Source: Thermoplasmata archaeon
GTDB lineage: Archaea; Thermoplasmatota; Thermoplasmata; RBG-16-68-12; JAGMCJ01
Direction: 5' to 3'
Assembly: GCA_023136265.1 (NCBI GenBank)
Contig: JAGLRN010000017.1
Span: 7,509 to 71,508 of the forward strand
Length of the DNA: 64,000 nt
A program made the position numbers and the translations under genes. This document shows positions 35,631 to 45,250 of this stretch, in pieces. Within the stretch, counting starts at the first letter, position 1. Each line of letters begins with the position of its first letter. The notes below the pieces were generated by a model that did not search any database, was not told the DNA's origin, and was given only the letters and a program-made list of their open reading frames with translations.

Positions 35631-37624
35631 CTACTTGCGGCCAGGGACGAGTCCCCAGTAACCTATGCTGTGCCCATACTCGTTGTTCAGGTGGTCAGCT
35701 ATCTCCGTCGCAGTCGCGTACTCGCCATTATCGTACAGGTCCATCAGGTGGTCCAGCGCTTCCGAGGCCGTCATCTCAGTTCCGTCGGGGAAGGTAACAA
35801 CATCATCGGAACCTACAGTCCCGCTGCCGACGTTGTATTCCCAAGCTGTGATCTGAAGCAGGGCCAACTCCCCCTGGTTGGCGCCTCTGCCTCCCCCTCC
35901 TCCCCCCGTGGGACAGATATCTCCTTCCCCGACCGTAATCGTGGTCGTAACGGTGGCCGAGCCACCATCATCATCGGTTACAGTGAGAGTGACTACATAC
36001 GTTCCAGGTGAGCTGTAAGTATGAGTCTGAGTGTCCTGGACATTGAGCGGCGGAGTAGTTCCGCCGAAGTAGGGCTCGTACGGACTCGAATCGGGATCGT
36101 TAGGCGGCACTCTGGAGGGGTCATAGTAGTAGGTCGTGGTCGTGACGTTGCTACCGTCTCCCCAATTCCATGTGAATGTCAGGTCATCGCTGCCTGGGTC
36201 TGTTGCCGATCCAACGAAGGTCAAAGGCGCACCTACGAGTGCCCCGATGTTGATATCAACGATCCAAGGCTCCACGTGAATGAAGTGCTCGCTGTCCCTC
36301 TCGATGGACTGCTGCACGTTGAAGGTGTGTTTTATCTTGCACTGTCCACCCTCCGCGAAGTCCAGGATTATCCAGACGGGATTGGCTCCCCACAGCTGTC
36401 CGTTGATGGGCTGATCGCCCATTATCGCGTCGTTGAGGTCCTCGTACGGATCGTATGTGACCACCGCGGTATAGTTGACGGAGTCACCCGCATCCAGGCG
36501 AATCGTGATACCCTGGTCCCCAGAGCTTGGATTGAGCATCGGGTCCCCAGGCCACCTCTCTACCTCGATGTTGGCGGCTATGTCATCGTACTGGCCGGTC
36601 TCCCTATCGTAGTTCTCGTAGAGAGTGAGCTCCACATTGTGCCATTTCTCTCCAGTGACTCTCAAGAAAACCGTGACCTCGACGTACGCTCCCTCTATCG
36701 TTGCAGTCGGATCCACATTCAGTACGTCCACATAGCCGAAAGCCGTCCCCGTCAGGCCATCATCATCCGTCACGGTGAGTTTCACTTCGGTGTAGTAGTC
36801 ATCGTACCAGATGAACGTCACGATCGGGCCCGTCGCGTCGACATCGTTGTCGTAGATGCCATCGCCATCACTGTCGACAAACACGTCAAGGTCCCATTCG
36901 TAGCTGACTATCGTGCCGTCAGGGTCGGAAGAACCGGAACCGTCAAGTGTGACCAGATCGCCCTCGTGGATTGTTTCCGGGGTTATGACGATATCAGGCA
37001 CCGGCGGCTCCTCATCCTCGGGTATCATTGCCGAGGAAATGAATGTCAGGTCATGACCGTTCGGGGTCTTGTAACCCGTAACGGGGTCGAACGCGTCGAA
37101 GTGGATCTCGAAGTACTCATCTGGATCTGGGCCCAGCGTCACTGTCGTGTCGAGTCTCACGGTAGTCTTGCCAGGAAGTACCTCAGGCTCGTAGAAGTAT
37201 ATGTCCCAGATTGCTTCGTCTCCTGAGTATACATGATGCTTCCCTCCCCAGGCCTCATCAAACGGATTGAACTCCGTGTTCCCGAAGTCAGGGAGGTATG
37301 ACGCTTCACCCTCAATGTCTATGCTCACAAAGTCATCCGATGTCGTCCAGTTGTGAATCGCAATGGCGATTCTCAAATCGGTGAGATCATCATTTCCTCT
37401 GTTCTCGACAATCATCTCAAAAGTGCAGACAACATCTGGGCCAAAGTCACAATAGGTAACCCACCCACCAGCTTTCCAACCTCCGCCTTTCGCTCTTTCG
37501 CCAGGATCAGCGTTCAGCCAGATGTGGGCACCACCCCCACCGCCTGCAAGAACTGCCGGGAGTAGGGCAAGCATCATCATAGAAGCGCAGGCTAGAGCTA
37601 CGGTTCTCTTCACGTTCTCTCGCA
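35631..37624 (-). CDS. Large secreted PKD-domain protein, paralog 2 of 3, with a distinct C-terminal domain after a GGGGGG linker
   Basis: Start MRENVKRTVALACASMMMLALLPAVLA (ATG about 37624 after a ggaggaaggtg SD); the track ORF is extended to 37919. PKD segments (YEWDLD..., FTWNWGDGS...TVTDDDGGSATV). GEKWHNVELTLYEN block shared with paralog 1. Confidence 0.75.
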
Positions 37625-37650
37625 TGTCTTTCACCTTCCTCCAAACCCCA

Positions 37651-37740
37651 AGAGGCTGTGTCCGCGCCGAGTTGGAGCGTGCGTGTGGGCGAAAAGACGC
37701 CCCTCCTCGACGCCTCGTTGGACAGCCTCCCCCTTTTTTT
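37651..37740 (-). promoter_or_regulatory. GC-rich nested stem-loop element plus A8/T8 tract in the leader region of PKD paralog 2 (possible structured 5' UTR or small ncRNA)
   Basis: gaggctgtgtcc pairs with ggacagcctc, enclosing gggcg-aaaaga-cgccc and gcgccgag/ctcgacgc. It is followed by cccccttttttttg and lies between a TATA-like tatataaaag (37772) and the minus-strand ATG. Confidence 0.35.
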
Positions 37741-37928
37741 GGAAGCTTATGCACTCCACAAATGAGTCTGGGGAGTATATAAAAGCGGACTGGAAACCAT
37801 CCTGAATGATACCACATACCAGGCCATGTACCACGCGGTTGAAATCTGGATTGAGGCATAAAAGCCCAGCCTCGCTCTTCCGGCAATGCGAAAGTAATAT
37901 ATTCGGCGTAGTCAATCATTAGACAAGT

Positions 37929-40460
37929 GTGGGCATGAAATTTCGAGCACTTCTAGTCCTGACGGTCATCATCATTCTGTCCTGTTTTGCGAAGGACGTC
38001 TCGGCAGCCCTGACTGTGACCAACGTCACAGTGACCATGGATCGCTCCACTTTCTATGCCAACCAGTCAACTGCTACTGCAACAGCTGTCATAGAGTACA
38101 CGGCGGGCGCAGCGAAGGATATCGGTGATGTTAGTTTCACTTGGTTCAGACCAGATTGGAGCATAGCCGCCATCAGGATAGACACGGGAAAGGATGATGC
38201 GAACGCCACAAGCGCCATAACGGTCGACATGGGCGGCACATGGCACGTGAACGCCACTTACGTGAACCAAACAGACCAGTTCGACAACGTATCATTTGAA
38301 GTGGTGAGCGCTGGGGTCGTCGTTGTTTCTGACATGGTTCTAGTGGTGAACGCCCCCTATTTCGAATTGGGTGAAACGGTTGTCGCAACTTCGGCTCTTG
38401 ATTACGCAGGGAATGTCAGTCTCTTCGTGGCAGTCGATTTCACATGGATCGACTCCTCGAGCGCAGTTGTGAGGTCGATGAATGTTGTTCCCAATTCAAC
38501 TGGTGTCGCGATAGACACCTGGGGATCCGACAGCGTGGGCCCTTTCCTCATGTATGCGAACTACACGGGAGACGCACCGGTTTCCAGGTCGGTCAGCTTC
38601 GAGGTTTTCCCCACGAGGGTGAGGACCTGGCATAATCTCAGTGTCGTCGTGGATGAGGTCTGGGACTTGGCTGGAGAGCCGTACGGTGTCTGTGAAAACA
38701 TCACAATCGAGGCGGGATCAACGCTCACAATTGAAGCGGGCGTCACCGTGAGATTCTGCGAAGACACTCACATGACCGTGGACGGCGCGCTGGTCTCCGA
38801 TGGATCTCTGGATTCTTTCGTGAACTTCACCGCATTCGGCTTCTTCCCGCCAAAGGGTTACTGGGGTGGCATCATCGTGAACCCCTCCAGCGGTAGCTCC
38901 AGTAGCATCACCCACTCCCGGGTGAGCTTCGCATCAATCGGCATGCTGATAACCTCTGCAAGCCCAACCATCGAGAGAAGCTCGTTCGAGAATATAAGCA
39001 TCGCGGCCATCCAGTTCGATAATGCCACTGCGAATGCTGAGTTCAACTCGTTCGACGATGTCGGCAGAGGGATCTCCGCATCGGCTTCGGACATCGGGAT
39101 GAGGTTCAACACCTTCTCCAACGTCATGATGGGATTGGCCCTGATCGATTCCAACGCCACGCTACACGGAGACACCATCTTCAATTCGACGTCATTCGGA
39201 ATCCACGCATTCAACAGCTCCATTTCCGCTTCCCAGATCAACATCTCGCTCTCCGGCGGTAGCGCGATCAGACTGCAGTCCCAATCGCTTGCGATCATCG
39301 AATCATCTGTCATTGAGAACAGCTGGTACGGTGTCGATGCCTTCTCATCGACCTTCCACGTGAACGAGAGCAGCCTACTCACGAACGACAACGCTGTCAG
39401 GGCGAACGACGGGCAGGGAGACCTGGTTAACACGAGCATCCTCAACTCCGTGGACTTCGACTTCACGTTGGAAGGTGGAAGCTCAGTGATCGCACTCAAC
39501 TGCACGCTCAATGACAGCAAGGTCCAGGTGCTTCCAGCTTCGCGGCTCACCGTGAAGTACTTCTTGGATGTGCAGGTTGCAGACGAGGGTACCGGTGATC
39601 CAATCGGGAACGCCTTTGTGGAGATTCTGGATGATGGCTCCAGTATCTTCTCTTCGAGGACACCTTCGAGCGGCAGGGTGAGATGGATTCCCGTCACTGA
39701 CAGGATATTTGACGGAGCCGACACGCCAACAAAGCACAATATAACGATCAAGATCAGAAAGGATGGATATGACATCGTGGAGCCCGAGAGGACTGTCGAT
39801 ATGTACACATCCCGTCTGGAGGTCTTCCTCGCTACGGAGGCCATTCAAGACATATGGGAGGAGGTTCTCGATCCATTTCTCCTAATGATCCTCTTGATTG
39901 TCATCGCAATTGTGGTCGCCGCCGCCATCATGGTTCGAAGGAGGACAAGGGAGGAAGAGGAGATTGTCCCTGAGAAGAAGGTCCGCAAACCTACTGACTA
40001 CACCCTTAAGAAGGGCACGAGCTATCTTGTCGCTGGGGAGAAACCCGATCTCGCTTTCGGGATATTCTCGAATGCCATCAAAGGCGGAGCTAGCGGACTG
40101 TGCATCACAAGGACGTATCCCGACGAGGTCTCCGAAGAATACGACGTGGGAGATGCCCCGATTCTATGGCTCTCACGAGACTCCAGGCGGGCCAACATTA
40201 GTCCCACGAATTTGGGCGCGATAATCCTTGAGGCGCAGAGGTTCCTCAAGAAGGAGGAGGGCAAGGAGACGATTGTGATGCTCGATGGCATCGAGTACCT
40301 CATCGTCCAGAACGATTTCTCCAAGGTCATCAAGTTCGTTCAGACCTTGAAGGATACGATTTCCGTGGCCGGGTCCAAGCTCCTCATCCCGTTCAACTTG
40401 GCCGCATTGGAGGAATCGAGGCGGGCGTTGCTGACCCGCGACTTGGAGCTATTGGAGTGA
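37929..40460 (+). CDS. Cell-surface beta-helix glycoprotein with a TM segment and a C-terminal cytoplasmic DUF835-like domain
   Basis: Signal peptide MGMKFRALLVLTVIIILSCFAKDVSA. N-terminal domain paralogous to the 33678-35561 protein (TWHVNATY...NVSFEVV). Many PbH1-like repeats. TM LLMILLIVIAIVVAAAIMV. Tail with GLCITRTYP...WLSRD...LDGIEYLIVQNDF...LIPFNLAAL...LLTRDLELLE, matching my recollection of DUF835. Confidence 0.75.
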   Translation: MGMKFRALLVLTVIIILSCFAKDVSAALTVTNVTVTMDRSTFYANQSTATATAVIEYTAGAAKDIGDVSFTWFRPDWSIAAIRIDTGKDDANATSAITVDMGGTWHVNATYVNQTDQFDNVSFEVVSAGVVVVSDMVLVVNAPYFELGETVVATSALDYAGNVSLFVAVDFTWIDSSSAVVRSMNVVPNSTGVAIDTWGSDSVGPFLMYANYTGDAPVSRSVSFEVFPTRVRTWHNLSVVVDEVWDLAGEPYGVCENITIEAGSTLTIEAGVTVRFCEDTHMTVDGALVSDGSLDSFVNFTAFGFFPPKGYWGGIIVNPSSGSSSSITHSRVSFASIGMLITSASPTIERSSFENISIAAIQFDNATANAEFNSFDDVGRGISASASDIGMRFNTFSNVMMGLALIDSNATLHGDTIFNSTSFGIHAFNSSISASQINISLSGGSAIRLQSQSLAIIESSVIENSWYGVDAFSSTFHVNESSLLTNDNAVRANDGQGDLVNTSILNSVDFDFTLEGGSSVIALNCTLNDSKVQVLPASRLTVKYFLDVQVADEGTGDPIGNAFVEILDDGSSIFSSRTPSSGRVRWIPVTDRIFDGADTPTKHNITIKIRKDGYDIVEPERTVDMYTSRLEVFLATEAIQDIWEEVLDPFLLMILLIVIAIVVAAAIMVRRRTREEEEIVPEKKVRKPTDYTLKKGTSYLVAGEKPDLAFGIFSNAIKGGASGLCITRTYPDEVSEEYDVGDAPILWLSRDSRRANISPTNLGAIILEAQRFLKKEEGKETIVMLDGIEYLIVQNDFSKVIKFVQTLKDTISVAGSKLLIPFNLAALEESRRALLTRDLELLE

Positions 40461-40489
40461 AGGGTTTAATATCCGCACACAATTGACCG

Positions 40490-41215
40490 ATGGAAGGCAT
40501 GAAATCATACAGAACCTTCGTCAAAGGCCTCGATGAGGAAATCGAAGGGGGCATCCCCCAGGGTCATGTTGTTCTTATCGCGGGTCCTCCAGGGACGATG
40601 AAGTCGAGCTTGGCGTACAGCATGCTCTACCACAACGCCGCCAAGAAGAAGATTCGCGGCATGTACTTCACGCTCGAGCAGAGCAGGAAGAGTCTAGAGT
40701 TCCAGATGTCTCGTCTGAAAATGGATCCGAAGCTGGTCATGGACACTCTCAGGGTACAGGACCTGTCGAGGATAAGAAAAGGAATAGACGAGGTCAGGGG
40801 AAGACCCAGGTTCGGCAGGGAGGTCGAACGCCCCTGGTTGGAGGTTCTGAAGAAGATTCTCGAGGACATGAGAGATACTGAGAAGTACGAACTCCTCGCG
40901 ATAGACTCTCTGCCCATCCTCGAGATAATCTCAAAGCTCAAAGACAGAAGGATTCAGCTCTTCCACTTCTTCGAGTGGCTCAGGGACCTCGGGCTGACCA
41001 CGTTGATCATCACAGAGACATCACCTCAGATAGGTGAGGTCCACGACGAGGACTTCCTCGCCGACGGAGTCATTAATATACTCATGGAGAAGGTCGGAGA
41101 CATAGATGTCTACCGACGGATAAGGATCGTGAAGCTCAGGGGAGTGAACCACAACACTGGGTTCTTCACGCTCGAGTACAAGCAGGACCGGTTCCAGGTC
41201 TCTCAGGTGATCTAG
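40490..41215 (+). CDS. KaiC-like/RecA-superfamily ATPase with a non-canonical P-loop (AGPPGTMKSS)
   Basis: KaiC-domain layout: GGIPQGHVVLIAGPPGTMKS, FTLEQS, Walker B LLAIDSL. The Gly preceding the P-loop Lys is replaced by Met. Confidence 0.8.
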   Translation: MEGMKSYRTFVKGLDEEIEGGIPQGHVVLIAGPPGTMKSSLAYSMLYHNAAKKKIRGMYFTLEQSRKSLEFQMSRLKMDPKLVMDTLRVQDLSRIRKGIDEVRGRPRFGREVERPWLEVLKKILEDMRDTEKYELLAIDSLPILEIISKLKDRRIQLFHFFEWLRDLGLTTLIITETSPQIGEVHDEDFLADGVINILMEKVGDIDVYRRIRIVKLRGVNHNTGFFTLEYKQDRFQVSQVI

Positions 41216-42444
41216 GGCTCCTCGAAGAGATTCATGTATTTTATCACGGCAAGCTCTTCAGGCGTGTAGTCCTTCCTCTTTTCGAGCCCTTCTAGACCCT
41301 TTGTCGAGATCAGCTTGAACGACAGCGGGTGCCCCTCCGTCAAGCTGAAAATCCTCTCAAACTCCTTCTTCTCGATCTTCCTTTTGAGGAGCTTCTTGCA
41401 GCTCCTCTTGTCAAGCCCATCAAGGATGACCTCGCTAAGCGCCCCCCTCGCGAGCAGTTCCCTTTCCTTCGGTATGTCCCCGTTCTCGGAGATTAATACA
41501 ACCTTGGCCTCCGAGCTCCTCTCGACAACCTGGAGGACGTGATAGAATACCGTCGCCAGTTCAGGGGACATCTCCGCAAGGTCGTCGAAGAACAGCATGG
41601 CACGCGTGTCCTTGAGTCTCGTTGCGAGCGCGCCCAAAGCACTCCTCAGGTCTCTTCCCCCGCCTTCGAGATAGTCGCCCAATCCGGGCTTTCCAAGTTG
41701 CCCGAGGAAGGAAGAGAATGCGCCCAGAAGTGTCTCGGGGGTGTCCCACTGCCTGAAGGAGTACCAGAACAGGTTCAATCGGTTCTTGGACGCCGCATAG
41801 ACACGAGCCGCAAGCGATGACTTGCCCATCCCCTCAGCCCCGCGGATAGCCAGTATCTTGCCCTCAGATGCTTTCGTCCAGTCCTCGATCTCCTCCATCT
41901 CCTTCTCTCTTCCGTAGAACGGTTCCGTGAGAACCAGACCCTCCGCGAAGGACAGGAATCTCTCCTTCTTCTCGGAAGGCCTCATCTCCAGGTCCTCTAT
42001 GTTCAGTATGCCGCTGTCGTCCGTCCTACAGATGACCTCCGTTAGCGTGTGGCGAACCCCGACGTGCTTGTCGATGTCGAGGAGAGAGACCTCCTTGATG
42101 GAATCATCGTCCTTCCGTATCTTCACCCTCTTCTTCAGGACCTCCTCTTTGACTCGCTCGGCGAGACTGTATCCGTCCTCCGTGTAACCGTAGACCTTTC
42201 GCTTCCTCAGCTGTCCTCTCACCCTTCCCATGGCCTCGGTGACCAGGTCCTCCTTCTTCAGCTGAGAGATGGCCCTCGAAACGTGATTGACACGGATGCC
42301 CGTGGAGCCAGCGATGCCCTCCTGGGTGAGCCCAGAATGCACGTCCAGGAGATCCCTCGGCTGAGGAGTCTCCCGCAGATGAAGGATTATCTTCTCCTTG
42401 GCGGTCAGGTCATTCCTAGTGAGCCATTCTCCCCTTTTGACCAT
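41212..42444 (-). CDS. wHTH plus archaeal AAA ATPase (Arch_ATPase/PF01637-like) putative regulator
   Basis: N-terminal HTH (LTQEGIAGSTGIRVNHVSRAISQLKKEDLV), Walker A IRGAEGMGKSSLA, Walker B MLFFDDL. Confidence 0.7.
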   Translation of the reverse strand: MVKRGEWLTRNDLTAKEKIILHLRETPQPRDLLDVHSGLTQEGIAGSTGIRVNHVSRAISQLKKEDLVTEAMGRVRGQLRKRKVYGYTEDGYSLAERVKEEVLKKRVKIRKDDDSIKEVSLLDIDKHVGVRHTLTEVICRTDDSGILNIEDLEMRPSEKKERFLSFAEGLVLTEPFYGREKEMEEIEDWTKASEGKILAIRGAEGMGKSSLAARVYAASKNRLNLFWYSFRQWDTPETLLGAFSSFLGQLGKPGLGDYLEGGGRDLRSALGALATRLKDTRAMLFFDDLAEMSPELATVFYHVLQVVERSSEAKVVLISENGDIPKERELLARGALSEVILDGLDKRSCKKLLKRKIEKKEFERIFSLTEGHPLSFKLISTKGLEGLEKRKDYTPEELAVIKYMNLFEEP

Positions 42445-42502
42445 AATATTCCGAAATCGGATTGGTCACGCCCATTAAAAACCTAACGCTGGTTCCGCGA
42501 GG

Positions 42503-44803
42503 CTAGGGTGCATAGAGGTCCACGGTGACGCTGATGAGCGTCTCACCACCGTCATCGTCAGCGACCGTGATGACCAAGCTGTACGATCCCTCGGCCCAGT
42601 AGGAGTGACTGGCGCTTATCCGTACGTCGAATGGGTAGTTGCCATATGGGCTGTTTGGCGGGTCTGGTGCCAGGCCGTCATTGAAGTACGTCTCAACGTC
42701 GCTTGATCCATCGCCCCAGTCAATGGAGACGATTATGTCGTCACTTCCAGGATCGTGAATGTCAGTAGACAGAGAGACCTCGCCAATCGCGATGTTGTTC
42801 CCGTTGTTGATATCGTCAGCCACCGTCTTCACGTCCTCGAACTCGCTCTCGTTCGTCGAGGTCATGAGGATGTCTTCCGCCCACACAAGGATGTCCCCAA
42901 GGGTCGTTTCGTTCTGTCCGGGAGGCCTTGCCTGCGTCGTGAAGTTCAGCTTCCCGGACGCTACGTTCAACCACAGGGCCATCAACTGACCCTGGGCCCT
43001 GGAGTGCACCTCCTCTCCGGACGCCCATTCGAGCACAGTGCAGACATCATCCTCCGTGCTGACGTACGCGAAGAGGTCGGAGTTCGAGCTTATGAAGAGT
43101 ATCAGGTCATCGGTGATGCCCGTGTGGTTGCCGTAGGGTTCTGTGACGGTGCACTGATGGTTCCAGAAACCCTGCGTCCTGGGCTCGAGTACCGTGACAG
43201 AATAGACGAAGTTCCCTACAGTCGGATCCACGTTCTGCACCAGCAGAGGCACGTCCACGGTTTCCGAGTCCCCGTCATCGTCCACGACCGTGACCTGGAT
43301 TCCGAGGTTGAAGTCATCCCCATAGACATGGGAATCTGCGAAGTCGCCCGTTGCATCAGGTTCCTGGTTCTCTTCGGCGACGAGCGGTGCGCTGGTCTGA
43401 CCGTCGTTCCAGTCAATAAGGGCCGTGTGCGTGTCAAGCCATCCAGGGTCGTAGAAGGTCACGTGGACAGTGAACGATTGCCCCTCATCGATGGTCGACG
43501 GCTGGACGGTGATGGTGTCTATTGTCGGTGCGACATTGAAGCACCGGTAGTGCGTGGTTGTCATATCGCTCATCTCGTCATCGGAGACCTCCACGGTGAC
43601 ATCCGTCTCGTAAGGGCCGTCCCCGCAGGTCAGCTGAACAATTGGAAGAGAGGACCAGCTCGTGTCCCAAGCACCGTCGTGATCAAGGTCCCAGCGGTAC
43701 TTGAGCAGGTCGCCGTTCGGGTCGGAGCTACCGCCCGCATCGAGTAGGATGTCCGCCCCTTCATCCACCTCATACGGACCTCCGGCGTTGGCGACAGGCG
43801 GCTTGTTCACTCTGTACACCTCGATCAGCGGTTTCGCTGAATGGGAGTCATTCGACCCATCGTGGTCCACGTCCGCATATGCCCGCGGCAGGAAGTACCT
43901 TCCAGCCAACAACTTGGGAGTAACGAGCGTGTAGCTCAGCAACACCGTGTGGTATGGCGTGGGAGTCAAGTCATCATGGAAGCTAACGTCCGCCGCGGAC
44001 ACATTGACCTTCCATCTGATCGTCTGCGATCCGTCTGGATTGCCCACAACGGCATCAGGTGCCGGAACGATGGACCCCGGAACGTAGGAGTAGCCCATTG
44101 GAATAGTGTCCTCGATCACCGAGTTCACCGCGTGTGGGGGATTCGTGACACCCGGCCCGTAGATGGCCAGATTGGTGACAGTGAGCGTGATGGTGATGTT
44201 GTGGTTTATGGCATCCTCGACGTTCTTCCACAGAGGGGTCTTGCCCACAACGAGCGTAGGATGCAGGTCGAGGTAGTCCCATATCTCGTCGTTCGTGGGG
44301 TTTGGACCCTGAGCGATCTCCTGAAGTGCATAGGGCATTATCTCTCCCCCGAGGAAGATCGTAGCGCCATATTGGGTCCACTGCCTGTGTTCTGTGCACC
44401 ACCACACGATCGACCCTGGAGGCGCACCATCGCCGTACTCGTAGTCTAGGTAAGAATACGGGTCTACGACGGCACTCGTCAGAGCTCCATCCTGAGTCGT
44501 CTGAGGATTCCAAGATTCCAGGGGATGAGGACTCAAGAGCATCATCATCTCGTTTATGTTGACCTTGATGCTTCCGGAATTGGTCACCCTGAACACCGAC
44601 GGATAGCCGTACTGATTGACCTCCGACGTGATTTGGGCCCATCCTTTGGCGTAAGCTTCCCAGATCTTGATCATGTCAGGCATAGGCTGAGGTCCCAATG
44701 GGTCCTCCAGTCTCGCACTCGGTTCGGTTGCGGGTTCCGACACTGCGATCGCGGACGAAAGTAGCAGTATCGCGAACACCGACATCGTGGCGATTTTCTT
44801 CAC
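42503..44803 (-). CDS. Large secreted PKD-domain protein, paralog 3 of 3
   Basis: Signal peptide MKKIATMSVFAILLLSSAIAVSEP. PKD segments (KYRWDLDHDGAWD..., IDWGDGSSDVETYFNDG...ITVADDDGGETL). C-terminal block homologous to paralog 1. Confidence 0.8.
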   Translation of the reverse strand: MKKIATMSVFAILLLSSAIAVSEPATEPSARLEDPLGPQPMPDMIKIWEAYAKGWAQITSEVNQYGYPSVFRVTNSGSIKVNINEMMMLLSPHPLESWNPQTTQDGALTSAVVDPYSYLDYEYGDGAPPGSIVWWCTEHRQWTQYGATIFLGGEIMPYALQEIAQGPNPTNDEIWDYLDLHPTLVVGKTPLWKNVEDAINHNITITLTVTNLAIYGPGVTNPPHAVNSVIEDTIPMGYSYVPGSIVPAPDAVVGNPDGSQTIRWKVNVSAADVSFHDDLTPTPYHTVLLSYTLVTPKLLAGRYFLPRAYADVDHDGSNDSHSAKPLIEVYRVNKPPVANAGGPYEVDEGADILLDAGGSSDPNGDLLKYRWDLDHDGAWDTSWSSLPIVQLTCGDGPYETDVTVEVSDDEMSDMTTTHYRCFNVAPTIDTITVQPSTIDEGQSFTVHVTFYDPGWLDTHTALIDWNDGQTSAPLVAEENQEPDATGDFADSHVYGDDFNLGIQVTVVDDDGDSETVDVPLLVQNVDPTVGNFVYSVTVLEPRTQGFWNHQCTVTEPYGNHTGITDDLILFISSNSDLFAYVSTEDDVCTVLEWASGEEVHSRAQGQLMALWLNVASGKLNFTTQARPPGQNETTLGDILVWAEDILMTSTNESEFEDVKTVADDINNGNNIAIGEVSLSTDIHDPGSDDIIVSIDWGDGSSDVETYFNDGLAPDPPNSPYGNYPFDVRISASHSYWAEGSYSLVITVADDDGGETLISVTVDLYAP

Positions 44804-44873
44804 GTGGCTCCCCCAGTACCCATTTTACTTATTGGATTCGTAAGTGATAAGCTTTTCCACAGAATACCGCGGG

Positions 44874-45248
44874 TCAGACCGCCCTCATGAGGACGCGATC
44901 CCCGCTCAAGACTTTTCCTAGCGATAGGGCATCACCCTCCGGTTTGCCGAAGACATTGACGTTCTCGTACGCTCGGGGCTTGTCCGAGACGCTGACCGGG
45001 GTCCTTCCGAAGAACACGGCTATCGCCTTTCCAGCGGGCCAGAAGGCGACCTCTCCCACCTCGATGTCCTGACGACCATGCTCCTCCGGAATCTCCAAGG
45101 CCGTGGCGAAATAGAACTCGTCCCCCCACCTGACCGCCTCTCCCTCGATTGGCATGTTGTCGATGACGATCTCCGCTGTCCGGGGGTTTTCGTCCGTGAT
45201 TTCTCCCTCCAGCGTGATGTCCCCCGCCACCAGCTCGAAGCGGCTCAT
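44874..45248 (-). CDS. Cyclophilin-like superfamily protein (TM1367/DUF369-like)
   Basis: MSRFELVAGDITLEGEI...AVRWGDEFYF...GEVAFWPAGKAIAVFFGRTP...NVFGK pattern. The track ORF is extended to 45362. Confidence 0.5.
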   Translation of the reverse strand: MSRFELVAGDITLEGEITDENPRTAEIVIDNMPIEGEAVRWGDEFYFATALEIPEEHGRQDIEVGEVAFWPAGKAIAVFFGRTPVSVSDKPRAYENVNVFGKPEGDALSLGKVLSGDRVLMRAV

Positions 45249-45250
45249 CG

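Noticed and set aside
36021-37226. 401-aa plus-strand ORF
   Set aside because: Antisense to PKD paralog 2. Arg/Val-rich shadow frame.
37733-37740. T8 run as an intrinsic terminator
   Set aside because: It lies between two divergently transcribed gene starts, so it is not downstream of any CDS on the plus strand. It is more likely part of the leader or ncRNA element discussed in the findings.
42755-43747. 330-aa plus-strand ORF
   Set aside because: Antisense to PKD paralog 3.
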